63,760 nt of DNA from Patescibacteria group bacterium (GTDB lineage: Bacteria > Patescibacteriota > WWE3 > JAUXAW01 > JAYEID01): assembly GCA_048621635.1 (NCBI GenBank), contig JBMCWH010000003.1:1-63760 (forward strand), in the 5' to 3' direction. How positions within the stretch are numbered: position 1 is the first letter of the stretch; every line of letters begins with the position of its first letter. The notes beneath the pieces are model-generated. The model was not told the DNA's origin. It saw nothing but the letters and a program-made list of their open reading frames with translations, and did not search any database. Of the stretch, positions 27,055-36,182 are shown piece after piece. The position numbers were made by a program, and so were the translations under genes.

Positions 27055-27675
27055 CTATTCTACAATAGTTACGGTTGCTTTTCCAGCACTTGTGAGAATG
27101 TTTGTCGTGTTATCCCATTGGATAACTTTGCTGAAATGCCTGGATTCCTGATCTGTTACCAAAGCTATTTCTGCTTTTCCTGGCTTGAGAGCAGTAAATT
27201 GAATTGTTCCTATTTTAGTTTCTTTATCAATTAATTTTTCTTCTTTTTGGTAGGCAGTTATTGCTAATTCTCCTTCCTTTTTAATCGTGTGGTGAAAATT
27301 AAACTGCGAGGACTTATTATTAAAAGGATTGTCCTTATCAGCTAGCCGCAGTTTTTGTGAATCGTATTTTAAAACAATATCCATAGCCGAGATTGCTTCT
27401 TCTTGATTAAGGTTAAGATTAATTGTGATTGGAATTATCTCTCCCTTTTGAATGTCGTCTTCAGGTTTTATTAGCTCTAGTTTTGCCGAGGTGTGTGTTA
27501 GTTCGGAAAGTTCGAGAGAAGATTGTTTTGGCTGGTTTTTTCCGGCGGTAAGAGTGTAACCATAGATGCCGGCTCCCACAATTTCTAAGAAAATTAATGC
27601 TATTAGGATTTTCACCATGATATTGTTCTGGTTATTTTGTTTTGTGTTCTTTTTAGAACTTTGCTTACTGATCAT
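27055..27675 (-). CDS. Cohesin-like domain protein with an N-terminal TM anchor
   Basis: TM helix, then IPITINLNLNQEEAISAMDIVLKYDSQKLRL...GTIQFTALKPG. Its start overlaps the stop of the upstream gene by 4 nt. Confidence 0.55.
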   Translation of the reverse strand: MISKQSSKKNTKQNNQNNIMVKILIALIFLEIVGAGIYGYTLTAGKNQPKQSSLELSELTHTSAKLELIKPEDDIQKGEIIPITINLNLNQEEAISAMDIVLKYDSQKLRLADKDNPFNNKSSQFNFHHTIKKEGELAITAYQKEEKLIDKETKIGTIQFTALKPGKAEIALVTDQESRHFSKVIQWDNTTNILTSAGKATVTIVE

Positions 27676-29606
27676 TGTGCTCCTTTCCTATTTAATCGCG
27701 GAAGAATTAGGGAAAGGTCTAGTGCATCAACAATCCTATCACGGTTTATGTCTGCTGTTAAAGCTTCCCCTTCTTGGTATGCTTGTTGAATCCAAATGCT
27801 TATATCTAAGGAATCTACCTTGTTGTCCTCATTTATGTCTCCGGCCGGAGCTTCGGGGAAAGTAATGTTATAAACACCGGGGCTACTCAATTTTACTGTG
27901 TTTGTGCTTTTTATTTGTAAGTGCTGTTTTGGCTTGAGGAGGAATTCGTAAGTTTTTCCCGCGTAAGTATCTAAAGAACCAAGTGCCAGTTCTTGGATAA
28001 TTCCAGTACCATAGGCGCTGCTTGTGCTAAGTTCTTTTTTCCACGCAGCTGTTTCGTAATTTTTATTAGAGCCTGCCTGACGAGCGAATATTTTTATGTT
28101 TTCTGCAGTTGGTTGAGACCTGTTCTTACGTCCCGTCAAACTAAAGTTGAAATTTAGTATTGCTGTTTCCTTTTTTATTGTTGCTGTGACAGTGTCTGTG
28201 CAGGTATTGTTTTTACTGTCAGTTACCGTTAAGCTGATGTTTATTTTTTCGTTATTGTTAACATCTTCACTTGCTATTTCCAATCTAGCAATTGCGCTAT
28301 CCTTTGCGGTTAGGGTCCCTTTGTCGGCAGACCAGTTGTAGTTGTAAGGTGTTGTCCCCCCACTTACAGAGCTGGACAATGCTTTTTCAGTTTTGGGTTC
28401 GATAGTAAAGCTTTTTTCTATTATTTTGCAAGTTAGGGGTTGGGCATTTTCGGTAACAGTGATAGAAGTAGTTTTTTCTTTAGAAATATTATTGTGGCTT
28501 AGCGAAACAGTTATGGTTCCGGAACCTTCTTTTGTGTTGGTTATTCGAACTCTGCTTTGACCCTTTGGTGTGTTATCGCTGTCATAGTTAGTTTCTAATG
28601 TTCCAATATCCTCTGATAGAGACCAGGAGAAGTCTGTATCTGTTGCCTCCTCGAAAATTGTTCCGTCATTACGGTAGGCAGTAGCAGTGATTATCTGCGG
28701 TTCCCCTGTTTGGAGAGTTACTTCGGTGGGGGAGATTGTTAAAGTTTCTAATTGCGCTTCCTCTGTTATTGTTAGGTTAATGCTATCTGTTCCTGTTTTT
28801 CCCGAGCTATCCATAGCAGTTAAGGTTATTGTGTGTTCTCCAATACTAAGACTACTTGTTTGGTAGTTTGTTCCTGTGCCTAACTCCCCGTCGATACTCG
28901 AGTGCCAGGTAAGCCTGTCACCGGAAAGGTTACCGTCTTCGCGATCTACACCTGTTCCTTGGAAGTTGATTGTTTCTTTTTCTTGGAAGGATGTTTCGTC
29001 CTGGGGAGCGGTTATGCTAGCAGTGGGTGCTGCATTTTCTCCTTCAATAGTGTAGGCTGTCCCTTTAGCTTCTCCCAGCACGTCTTCGATGTTTTTGTTG
29101 TAGACAGTACAGGTTATATCTCCCGCAGTGACGAAGGACAGGTTACTATCTCCTTGTGGTGCTGATTCTCTAACCCTGAGTTTAAAGGTTCCTATTGAGC
29201 CGGCAGAGGATACGAGATTTGTTCCCGGGTTTATAGAACGCACAAATTGTATTGTTCCATTTTCAATTTGGTTCTTTACATTTAAAGGAAAATCTAGATC
29301 GGTTTGATCTGTGTTTACCTCTGAACTGATTGCTTCAAATATTGCTGTATCGTAACTGATCGTAGTTTCGAATCCGTACAGATCTTCTCCACCCGGATCA
29401 AGGTTAATAGTTACAGTAAGTTCTTCTCCGGGTAGTAAGGTGCTTTCTGTTGGTGGTGTGGAGGTTAGTGATAAGGATGCTGGACCTTTTGATACCAAAG
29501 CCCTTTTTCGGGGTTCGTAAGAATATTGTAAGTTAAGTACAACTAAGGGAATAGTTATGGCTATAGTTAAGAGGCCGATCCTGGTTAGTATTTTTTTGGC
29601 AGGCAT
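27672..29606 (-). CDS. Large surface protein with cohesin-like, PKD/Big-like repeat and two-segment dockerin domains
   Basis: 644 aa. N-terminal TM/signal helix; LTVTINLDPGGEDLYGFETTISYDTAIFE (cohesin-like); several Ig-like repeats (LTITE, ISLTVTDS..TATI); C-terminal GDINEDNKVDSLDISIWI ... ADINRDRIVDALDLSLIL (dockerin repeats). Confidence 0.65.
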   Translation of the reverse strand: MPAKKILTRIGLLTIAITIPLVVLNLQYSYEPRKRALVSKGPASLSLTSTPPTESTLLPGEELTVTINLDPGGEDLYGFETTISYDTAIFEAISSEVNTDQTDLDFPLNVKNQIENGTIQFVRSINPGTNLVSSAGSIGTFKLRVRESAPQGDSNLSFVTAGDITCTVYNKNIEDVLGEAKGTAYTIEGENAAPTASITAPQDETSFQEKETINFQGTGVDREDGNLSGDRLTWHSSIDGELGTGTNYQTSSLSIGEHTITLTAMDSSGKTGTDSINLTITEEAQLETLTISPTEVTLQTGEPQIITATAYRNDGTIFEEATDTDFSWSLSEDIGTLETNYDSDNTPKGQSRVRITNTKEGSGTITVSLSHNNISKEKTTSITVTENAQPLTCKIIEKSFTIEPKTEKALSSSVSGGTTPYNYNWSADKGTLTAKDSAIARLEIASEDVNNNEKINISLTVTDSKNNTCTDTVTATIKKETAILNFNFSLTGRKNRSQPTAENIKIFARQAGSNKNYETAAWKKELSTSSAYGTGIIQELALGSLDTYAGKTYEFLLKPKQHLQIKSTNTVKLSSPGVYNITFPEAPAGDINEDNKVDSLDISIWIQQAYQEGEALTADINRDRIVDALDLSLILPRLNRKGAQ

Positions 29607-29847
29607 ATATTTTGTTTCTCCTTTTTTTGTTTTTATACTTAAATTTTTTGCTACTTTCCACCGCAGTTTTGTCTGTAAAATAAATAGACAACCCTTAGTT
29701 GTGGTCTAAGTTACGGCTGGAACTAATTTTAACCCTAGCAGTTTTGGGAGCTAGATGCAAGCGTGGTTTTCAACTTATTTTCTCTAGCTTTATGGCTGAC
29801 AGGGAAGGTCTTTTTTGGTAGGATAATAAAAGGAGTTAAGGAGTTTT

Positions 29848-31650
29848 ATGGTTGAATCGATAGATAAAAATAAAATACGCAATTTTTGTATTATTGCTCA
29901 TATCAATCACGGAAAGTCAACATTGGCAGATCGATTGTTGGAAGAAACCGGTACAGTTTCTTCTCGAAAAATGAGTAACAGATTGTTGGATAAGATGGAC
30001 TTGGAAAAAGAAAAAGGAATAACTATTAAGTTGAAGCCTGTAAGAATGTCTTTTTCATATTCCAGGAAGGAATATGTTTTGAATCTCGTAGATACCCCGG
30101 GACACGTCGACTTTTCTTATGAAGTGTCGAGATCATTGGCTGCTTGCGAAGGTGCTATTCTGTTGGTGGACGCCGTTTCTGGTATTCAGGCCCAAACTTT
30201 AGCTAATTTGGAGAAGGCTAGAAAGCAAGGGTTGAAAATATTACCTGTGGTTAACAAGATAGATTTGCCCGATGCTCAACCAGAGAAGGTTGCTAGAAAT
30301 TTGGTGAATTCTTTGGGTTTCGATAAGTCTTCTGTATCGTATATTTCGGCTAAAACGGGTAAAAATGTTACTCAATTGTTAAGTCGCATTGTTAAGGAGG
30401 TTTCTCCTCCAAAGCGCAATGGTTCTCACTTGCAGGGGTTAGTTTTTGATAGTTTTTATGATCCTCATCGCGGGGCAATAGCGGTGGTTCGATTAATGAA
30501 TGGCAATTTAGAAAGAGAGGCGGCAGCTTGCTTTTTAGGCACAGATACTACTTTTGTTGCTGAAGAGTTGGGGTATTTTGTTCCTGAGGAGCAGCCTACA
30601 GAGAAATTGTCAGTGGGGGAAGTAGGTTATGTTGTTACTGGAATGAAAGATATAAGTAAGATTAGGGTTGGCGATACATTGGTTTCTGGACAGCGACCAA
30701 AGATGGAAGCTTTACCCGGCTATCGGGAGCCAAAGCCAATGGTTTTCCAAAGTGTTTTTCCCTTGTCAGCTAATGGTTACACGCCGTTGAAGAAAGCTCT
30801 TCAATATTTACATTTGTCTGATTCTTCTTTCACGTTTTCTCCTTCGTCATCGGAGTCTTTAGGTAGGGGATTCCAGCTTGGTTTTTTGGGAGCATTGCAC
30901 GGAGATATAATTTGTGAACGCTTGCGGCGAGAATTTGATTTGGAGATATTAACCACACCTCCGGCTGTTTCCTATAAGATAAAGACAAATGATGGAGAGA
31001 CGCATATTGCTCGCACTCCTTCCGAGCTTCCTGAGCCTGAGCAAATTAAGGATATTCTTGAACCTTGGTTACGCGTGACCATATACACACCGGAGGAATA
31101 TTTGGGAGCAGTATTTTCACTTTGTGAGAATAGGCGTGGTGTTCACCAGCAACAGAAGCATTTTGCGGAAAAAGTGAAATTGGTTTATTTGTTACCTATG
31201 GCTTCCTTTTTGCAAGGATTTTATAACAAATTGAAATCTGCTTCTTCTGGTTATGCATCTTTGGAATATGTTTTAGACGAATGGCGGTCAGCAGATGTAG
31301 TGCGGTTAGATATATTAGTTCATTACGAGATTGTGGAGCCTCTTTCCCAACTAGTTTTACGGAAGAATGCTTATGCTGTTGGAAAGCGAATGGTATCTGA
31401 TTTGAAAGAATTGTTACCTCCAGCACAGTTTCCACTTGCTTTGCAGGCGGCAATTGGTAGTAATGTTATTGCTAGAGAAACTATTGGCGCACAGAGAAAA
31501 AATGTTACGGAAAAATTGTATGGAGGAGATAGGACAAGAAAAGACAAACTTCTTCAACAGCAAAGAGAAGGCAAGAAAGAATTAAGTGCGCGAGGGGATG
31601 TCTCAGTGCCTGCAGATGTCTTGCAAAAGCTGTGGCGGAATAGCGAATAG
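29848..31650 (+). CDS. lepA: Elongation factor 4 (LepA)
   Basis: NFCIIAHINHGKSTL, DTPGHVDF and NKIDL, plus the LepA-specific C-terminal domain (YGGDRTRKDKLL). Confidence 0.95.
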   Translation: MVESIDKNKIRNFCIIAHINHGKSTLADRLLEETGTVSSRKMSNRLLDKMDLEKEKGITIKLKPVRMSFSYSRKEYVLNLVDTPGHVDFSYEVSRSLAACEGAILLVDAVSGIQAQTLANLEKARKQGLKILPVVNKIDLPDAQPEKVARNLVNSLGFDKSSVSYISAKTGKNVTQLLSRIVKEVSPPKRNGSHLQGLVFDSFYDPHRGAIAVVRLMNGNLEREAAACFLGTDTTFVAEELGYFVPEEQPTEKLSVGEVGYVVTGMKDISKIRVGDTLVSGQRPKMEALPGYREPKPMVFQSVFPLSANGYTPLKKALQYLHLSDSSFTFSPSSSESLGRGFQLGFLGALHGDIICERLRREFDLEILTTPPAVSYKIKTNDGETHIARTPSELPEPEQIKDILEPWLRVTIYTPEEYLGAVFSLCENRRGVHQQQKHFAEKVKLVYLLPMASFLQGFYNKLKSASSGYASLEYVLDEWRSADVVRLDILVHYEIVEPLSQLVLRKNAYAVGKRMVSDLKELLPPAQFPLALQAAIGSNVIARETIGAQRKNVTEKLYGGDRTRKDKLLQQQREGKKELSARGDVSVPADVLQKLWRNSE

Positions 31651-32233
31651 GCTACAAATAGAAATTAGTAGTAAGCATTAAGCAGTAAGCAGGAAGTAGT
31701 AAGCAGGAAGTAGTAAGCATTAAGCACCAAGCTCCAAATAACAAGTTCCAAAAAGGATTCGTATTTCGTATCTCGTATTACGTATCAAGAGAAATCAGAG
31801 ACTAGAGACTGGCGACTAGTACCTGGAGACTGGAGATAGGAAACTAGTAACTGGTATAGCGGGAACGGCGAAAGAAAAAGCCTGGCTTTGGGAAATTCGC
31901 CAGCTGAACAACTGTGGGTTTACGGGACTACGAAATGAGGAAAGTCGCCTACAACGGCGACCACGCTGAGCGGGGCGACCCGCCGTCTTAGGAGGGATTC
32001 TGAATCCCCCTTCGGGGGTTCAGAATGACGATACACGTGGTTAAGCGATTGAATAGTTTGTATTGAACATTTTGAACAAGTGAGCGAAGCGAACGGTTCA
32101 ACATTTTCAACAACTTAACCAAGCGTAACGATCCAACACTTTTGACATTTTGTACCGCATGCCGTGTACCGTATTTGGTATAGCAAATTATTACGAAAGG
32201 GAACAGTAAGTTCTATTTGTTCCATTTGTCTTA
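31651..32233. repeat. 580-nt non-coding block of stuttering word repeats and GC-rich hairpins
   Basis: Tandem AGTAAGCAGGAAGT x2 plus variants, CGTAT-type heptamer stutter, GAGACT stutter, GGTATAGC words, the hairpin ATTCTGAATCCCCC-ttcg-GGGGTTCAGAAT, and the word CAACACTTTTGACATTT. Confidence 0.8.
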
Positions 32234-32266
32234 TTGCCGGATACTGATGGCGGTTATGTTATAATA

Positions 32267-32554
32267 ATGGCAGTGGAAAAGATTGGTGATATTTTATCGA
32301 GGGAGGATCTCGGCCCCTCCAAACATATAAAACATGAATTTCAAGATTTTGGCTATCGGTTGGCTTGTGAGTTGGATGATCTTGAACACCGATCTTTGTA
32401 TATGAAACTTGCCAAAGAAGAACCACGCGGTAGGCTGGAGCGTGCACTGGAGTTTGTTAAAGGTAGAGATAATTTAGAAGGTGAGAAAGGAAAAGCAAAG
32501 CTTTTTATGTGGAAACTAAAAGATTTGCGGGAGAAGAAAGAGACGGAAGATTAG
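32267..32554 (+). CDS. Hypothetical 95-aa charged protein
   Basis: The ATG at 32267 lies within the tracked ORF. The sequence is helical and Lys/Glu-rich (HEFQDFGYRLA..LYMKLAK..FMWKLKDLR). No family recognised. Confidence 0.45.
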   Translation: MAVEKIGDILSREDLGPSKHIKHEFQDFGYRLACELDDLEHRSLYMKLAKEEPRGRLERALEFVKGRDNLEGEKGKAKLFMWKLKDLREKKETED

Positions 32555-32710
32555 AAACCGGTATAGCGAATTACTACGAATTATAAGTAGCTAATTTATG
32601 CGAATGGAAAGGAGTAAAAGATAGGTAACAGGTAACGAGCAGTTCGTTGACAGATTGAACAACTTCAACACTTTTGACATTTGGATTTTGAAATTTGTTA
32701 TTTTACTATT

Positions 32711-33040
32711 ATGGACGCAGTTTCTTTTGCGGAATTCAAAAAGTTAGATTTGCGGATAGGCGAGGTGGTGGAGGTGTTAGAAGTAGAGAGTTTGGACAAG
32801 GTACTGAAGCTTCGGGTTGATTTAGGTGAGTTAGGAATTAAGACTATTTTGGCCGGTGTTAAGGAGACTCATAGTAAGGAAGATCTAGTTAGAAAGCAGA
32901 TTGTGGTGGTTGCCAATCTTGCTCCTAAGAAGATTGGAGGGGAGGTTTCGGAAGGTATGCTTTTAGCTGTGGATACTGATAAAGAACCTGTCTTGCTAAC
33001 TCCAAATAGAAAAGTGGCAGTAGGCGCGAAAGTTGTTTAA
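32711..33040 (+). CDS. tRNA-binding domain protein (CsaA/Trbp111/EMAP-like)
   Basis: Contains FAEFKKLDLRIGEV, LKLRVDLGE and VVVANLAPKKIGGEVSEGMLLA. Confidence 0.8.
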   Translation: MDAVSFAEFKKLDLRIGEVVEVLEVESLDKVLKLRVDLGELGIKTILAGVKETHSKEDLVRKQIVVVANLAPKKIGGEVSEGMLLAVDTDKEPVLLTPNRKVAVGAKVV

Positions 33041-33049
33041 TCTGTGTAA

Positions 33050-33126
33050 GGGCCTGTAGCTCAGTGGTTTAGAGCGCCATCCTTATAAGATGGATGTCCC
33101 TGGTTCGAATCCAGGCAGGCCCACCA
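33050..33126 (+). tRNA. tRNA-Ile with anticodon TAT (UAU), CCA encoded
   Basis: Perfect 77-nt cloverleaf: GGGCCTG/CAGGCCC acceptor, GCTC/GAGC D stem, CCATC-CTTATAA-GATGG anticodon arm, CCTGG-TTCGAAT-CCAGG T arm. Confidence 0.85.
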
Positions 33127-33375
33127 TCCTCCTTCGCCGCGCCTGCCTGCCGGCAAGGCAGGGCTTCGGAGGACCTTCGGTCCGAACGAAACCCGTGCAG
33201 GGGAGATGCCCCTCGTAGTTCCGATTAGTCGGAACGAAGTGAGGCAAAGTACACCTTACGGCCCTTTGCTAAAGCTATGGACGACAGGCCAGGTGGCCTA
33301 CGGGCATCCGGACGCGAGTTTAGACGAAGGAGTGTCGTTTCCGTAGCCTTGTGCGAAAGGGCACATCAATGTAGG
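33127..33375 (+). repeat. GC-rich multi-hairpin block 3' of tRNA-Ile(UAU), related to the ITS and rRNA-insertion modules
   Basis: Stems closed by tetraloop-like sequences: GGACC-ttcg-GTCC, CCTGCC..GGCAGG, GTTCCG-attagt-CGGAAC. The 23-mer GCGAGTTTAGACGAAGGAGTGTC (33314-33336) matches 62806-62828 at 22/23 positions. It ends with CCTTGTGC-gaaa-GGGCACATCAA, like the start of the rRNA insertion. Confidence 0.7.
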
Positions 33376-33513
33376 TTTATGCGGAAAGAAATAAGCAAAG
33401 AGGTCTGTATGTGTTGACTTTCCTTTGATACTCAGCAGTTTGTATTTTGGAAGACGAAGATATTTAACAATTGAGGAAAGTTGCTTCCAAATTATTAACT
33501 ACTCACACCCTAA

Positions 33514-35949
33514 CTACTTTCGTTTACGTCGGGCTCTAAAAGCCCATTTAATTAATTCAATACCTACAATATCAATAGTTCCTAAAAGCATAATTAAGCC
33601 TATATCCATTGTTCGAAGAGGATTCAGTCTTAAGAAATTACGCAAGGGATGTATTAAGAAAGAGGATGTTAATAGAATAAGACCAGAGCCAATTGTTGCC
33701 AATAACATCCGATTTTTAATCGGCGGTGAATGGATAATACTCTTACTGAGGCTACGACAAGAGAAAACGTAAAGAAGCGAGTCCAAACCAAGAGTTCCGA
33801 ATGTAATTGTTCTAATGTGGTCTATTGATGTTCCTCTGTTAAACAACCATAAAGTTACTGTTAGCAAAATAGCATCTGTCATTAATCCTACAGCAAAGAT
33901 TATTGATTTTACCTCCTTATCCAACAGTGGTACGTCTGTAGGTATAGGTGCTTGCTGTAACAATCCTGGTTCTTTTCCTTCGAATGCTAACGCAACGCCT
34001 GGTAGACCGTCTTCTACTAAGTTTATCCATAAGATTTGGAACGGCAATATTGGTAGAGGAATTCCGGTTAATAGTGAACCTCCTATTAATACAACAGTAG
34101 TGAAGCTGTCAGAGAGAAGATATGCTAGTATTTTGCGTATATTTTTGTAAATACCGCGTCCCTCTTCAATTGCGTGTACTATAGAGCTGAAACTTGATTT
34201 TACTAAAGCCATGTCTGCAGTTTCTTTAGCTACCTCTGATCCTGTGCCCATAACTATCCCTATTTCCGCACGTTTTAAAGCTAGTGAATCATTTACCCCA
34301 TCACCGGTCATAGCTACAACCTCTTTTCTTTTTTGCAGTGCTTCGACAATGCGCAGCTTCTGGTGGGGGGCTGTTCTGCAGAAGAGCTTGATGTTCGGTA
34401 TTTTGTTATTCAGTTGCTTGTCGTTAAGTTGGTGAAGCTCCGTACCAGTGATAATTTCTTTTTCTTTCAGTTGAATATCCAGCTGTTTTAGAACAGCAAC
34501 TGCCGTTTCCTTTATGTCTCCTGTTACTACCTTAGTTTCCACTCCTGCTGTTTGACAGTCCTTCAAAGCTTTTTTGACTTCTTCTCGGACCGGATCTTCT
34601 GCGTAAAGTACTCCCAGCCACTTTAATGATTTTTCCTTATTTAAATTAGTTTCTTTTTCAATTCCGGCCTGTTTTCTGTAAGCATAACCGACCGCTCTCA
34701 ATCCCGTTCCTGCTTTTTCCTTGATTTTCTGTAGCTGTTTTGATTTTTCTTCTTCACTTATTCCGCATTTTTCCAAAACGACTTCTGGAGCACCTGCTAT
34801 GAATAGGTGTTTTTTTGTAAGGGCGGACGCTAGCTTGGTCTCTGATTCAAAAGGGTCATCATCAATAATTGTACTTTCTTTAACAATTTGTTCTGGGTCC
34901 TTTGCTCCGTTGTTTTTTAGCCATTCCCAAATTGCTTTTTCTAAAGGATCTGTTCTTGCGTTGCACAAGGCAGCTGCGTAACTGATTAAATTTAAGTTAG
35001 TTTCTTCATGTTTTGTTACTTGCATGTCTCCCAGTGTTAGGGTTCCTGTTTTGTCAACACAAATTACTGTAGTGGATCCTAAAGTCTCAGTTACTGTAAG
35101 TTTTTTAATTAATGCCCCGCGATTTAGAATGCGTTTCATTCCTAAGGCAAGCACAACAGTTAGAGATACGGCTAAGCCTTCGGGAACCGCAGCTACCGCT
35201 ATAGCTACGCTGGTAATAAACATTTGGTAAGGATCTCTCCCTGTTAAAATACCTTCAATAAAGATTAATGTGGCGAGGATACCTACTACCATGGCAATGG
35301 TTTTGCTTAACCTGTTGAGCTTTTTCTGAAGAGGAGTTTTTTCTGCTTCAGTGAGACTTAGTTTATGAGCAATTTGGCCGATTTTAGTATCTTTACCAGT
35401 CTTTTTTACAATCATCTGCCCTTTGCCTGCTCCAATTAAGGTGCCCTTATAAGCGTTATCATCTTTTTCTTTCTCAACTAGTGTTGATTCACCCGTTAAA
35501 GTAGCCTCATTTATTGCTAGGTTAGCAGGTTTTACTATTGTGCCGTCTGCAGGAACCTTACCACCCGCTTTTAAAAAAACGAGGTCACCAACTACAACAT
35601 CCTGAGTCGGAATTTCTTTTCTTTTTCCGTTCCGCAAAACTTCTGCTTTGAGGGTTTGTGCCTGGGCTAACTTTTCTAATACTTTTAGAGATTTTCTTTC
35701 TTGGATATAGCCTAAAATAATGTTTAAAAGGGCGGCAGCAGCTATAGTTATTGCATCTAGCTGTTCGTTTAGGAGGAAAGCGGTGGTTGCTGCGGTTATT
35801 AAAATATACATTAACGGATTTTTGAACTGTTCTAGAAAAAGCTCGAGTTGTGATGTTGGTTTTTTTCGAGGAATTAGGTTAGGGCCGTTTTTTTCTCTGC
35901 GCCTTTTTGCTTCTTCTTTAGTTAGACCGTTGTAGTTTTCTGGAAGCAT
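33514..35949 (-). CDS. Cation-translocating P-type ATPase (type II, Ca2+/Mg2+-like)
   Basis: DKTGTLT phosphorylation site, TGES, TGDIKETA, MTGDGVNDSLALK and about 10 TM helices. The ATG at 35949 gives the N-terminus MLPENYNGLTKEEAKRR. Confidence 0.9.
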   Translation of the reverse strand: MLPENYNGLTKEEAKRRREKNGPNLIPRKKPTSQLELFLEQFKNPLMYILITAATTAFLLNEQLDAITIAAAALLNIILGYIQERKSLKVLEKLAQAQTLKAEVLRNGKRKEIPTQDVVVGDLVFLKAGGKVPADGTIVKPANLAINEATLTGESTLVEKEKDDNAYKGTLIGAGKGQMIVKKTGKDTKIGQIAHKLSLTEAEKTPLQKKLNRLSKTIAMVVGILATLIFIEGILTGRDPYQMFITSVAIAVAAVPEGLAVSLTVVLALGMKRILNRGALIKKLTVTETLGSTTVICVDKTGTLTLGDMQVTKHEETNLNLISYAAALCNARTDPLEKAIWEWLKNNGAKDPEQIVKESTIIDDDPFESETKLASALTKKHLFIAGAPEVVLEKCGISEEEKSKQLQKIKEKAGTGLRAVGYAYRKQAGIEKETNLNKEKSLKWLGVLYAEDPVREEVKKALKDCQTAGVETKVVTGDIKETAVAVLKQLDIQLKEKEIITGTELHQLNDKQLNNKIPNIKLFCRTAPHQKLRIVEALQKRKEVVAMTGDGVNDSLALKRAEIGIVMGTGSEVAKETADMALVKSSFSSIVHAIEEGRGIYKNIRKILAYLLSDSFTTVVLIGGSLLTGIPLPILPFQILWINLVEDGLPGVALAFEGKEPGLLQQAPIPTDVPLLDKEVKSIIFAVGLMTDAILLTVTLWLFNRGTSIDHIRTITFGTLGLDSLLYVFSCRSLSKSIIHSPPIKNRMLLATIGSGLILLTSSFLIHPLRNFLRLNPLRTMDIGLIMLLGTIDIVGIELIKWAFRARRKRK

Positions 35950-36182
35950 ATTTCTTGAAGTATAGCATTTACGGAGAATTATAAATAACAAATTTTAAAT
36001 GACGAATCAGCTTTCGGCTATCAGCATTCAACCAGAAACATGAATACTGATTAAATGATTTTTGGTTTTTGAATTATATAGTATTAAAACTTATTTGATC
36101 GTTTAATCATTTACTAATGATACGGTATACGACATACGGTATATGGAATTAGGACCTTGTTATAGTATTGAGTTGGAGGGGA

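Noticed and set aside
31925-31945. RNase P RNA, suggested by GAGGAAAGTCGCC resembling the P4 motif GAGGAAAGTCCGG
   Set aside because: The other universally conserved RNase P blocks are not nearby. The similarity is a short chance match within the repeat tract.
31651-32233. CRISPR array, as an explanation for the repeats downstream of lepA and in other intergenic gaps
   Set aside because: There are no regularly spaced identical repeats of 24-40 nt separated by unique spacers. The repeats are short, stuttering and irregular, and there are no cas genes in the window.
33127-33375. tmRNA, SRP RNA or 6S RNA as the identity of the GC-rich block
   Set aside because: There is no tRNA-like terminus or tag reading frame, no SRP domain IV motif, and no 6S-like central bubble recognisable by eye. 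Copies of its modules in the ITS argue for a repeat family instead. This still needs an Rfam scan.
33425-33772. 115-aa + strand ORF and other antisense ORFs within 33514-35991
   Set aside because: They are antisense to the strongly supported P-type ATPase gene and have no motifs.
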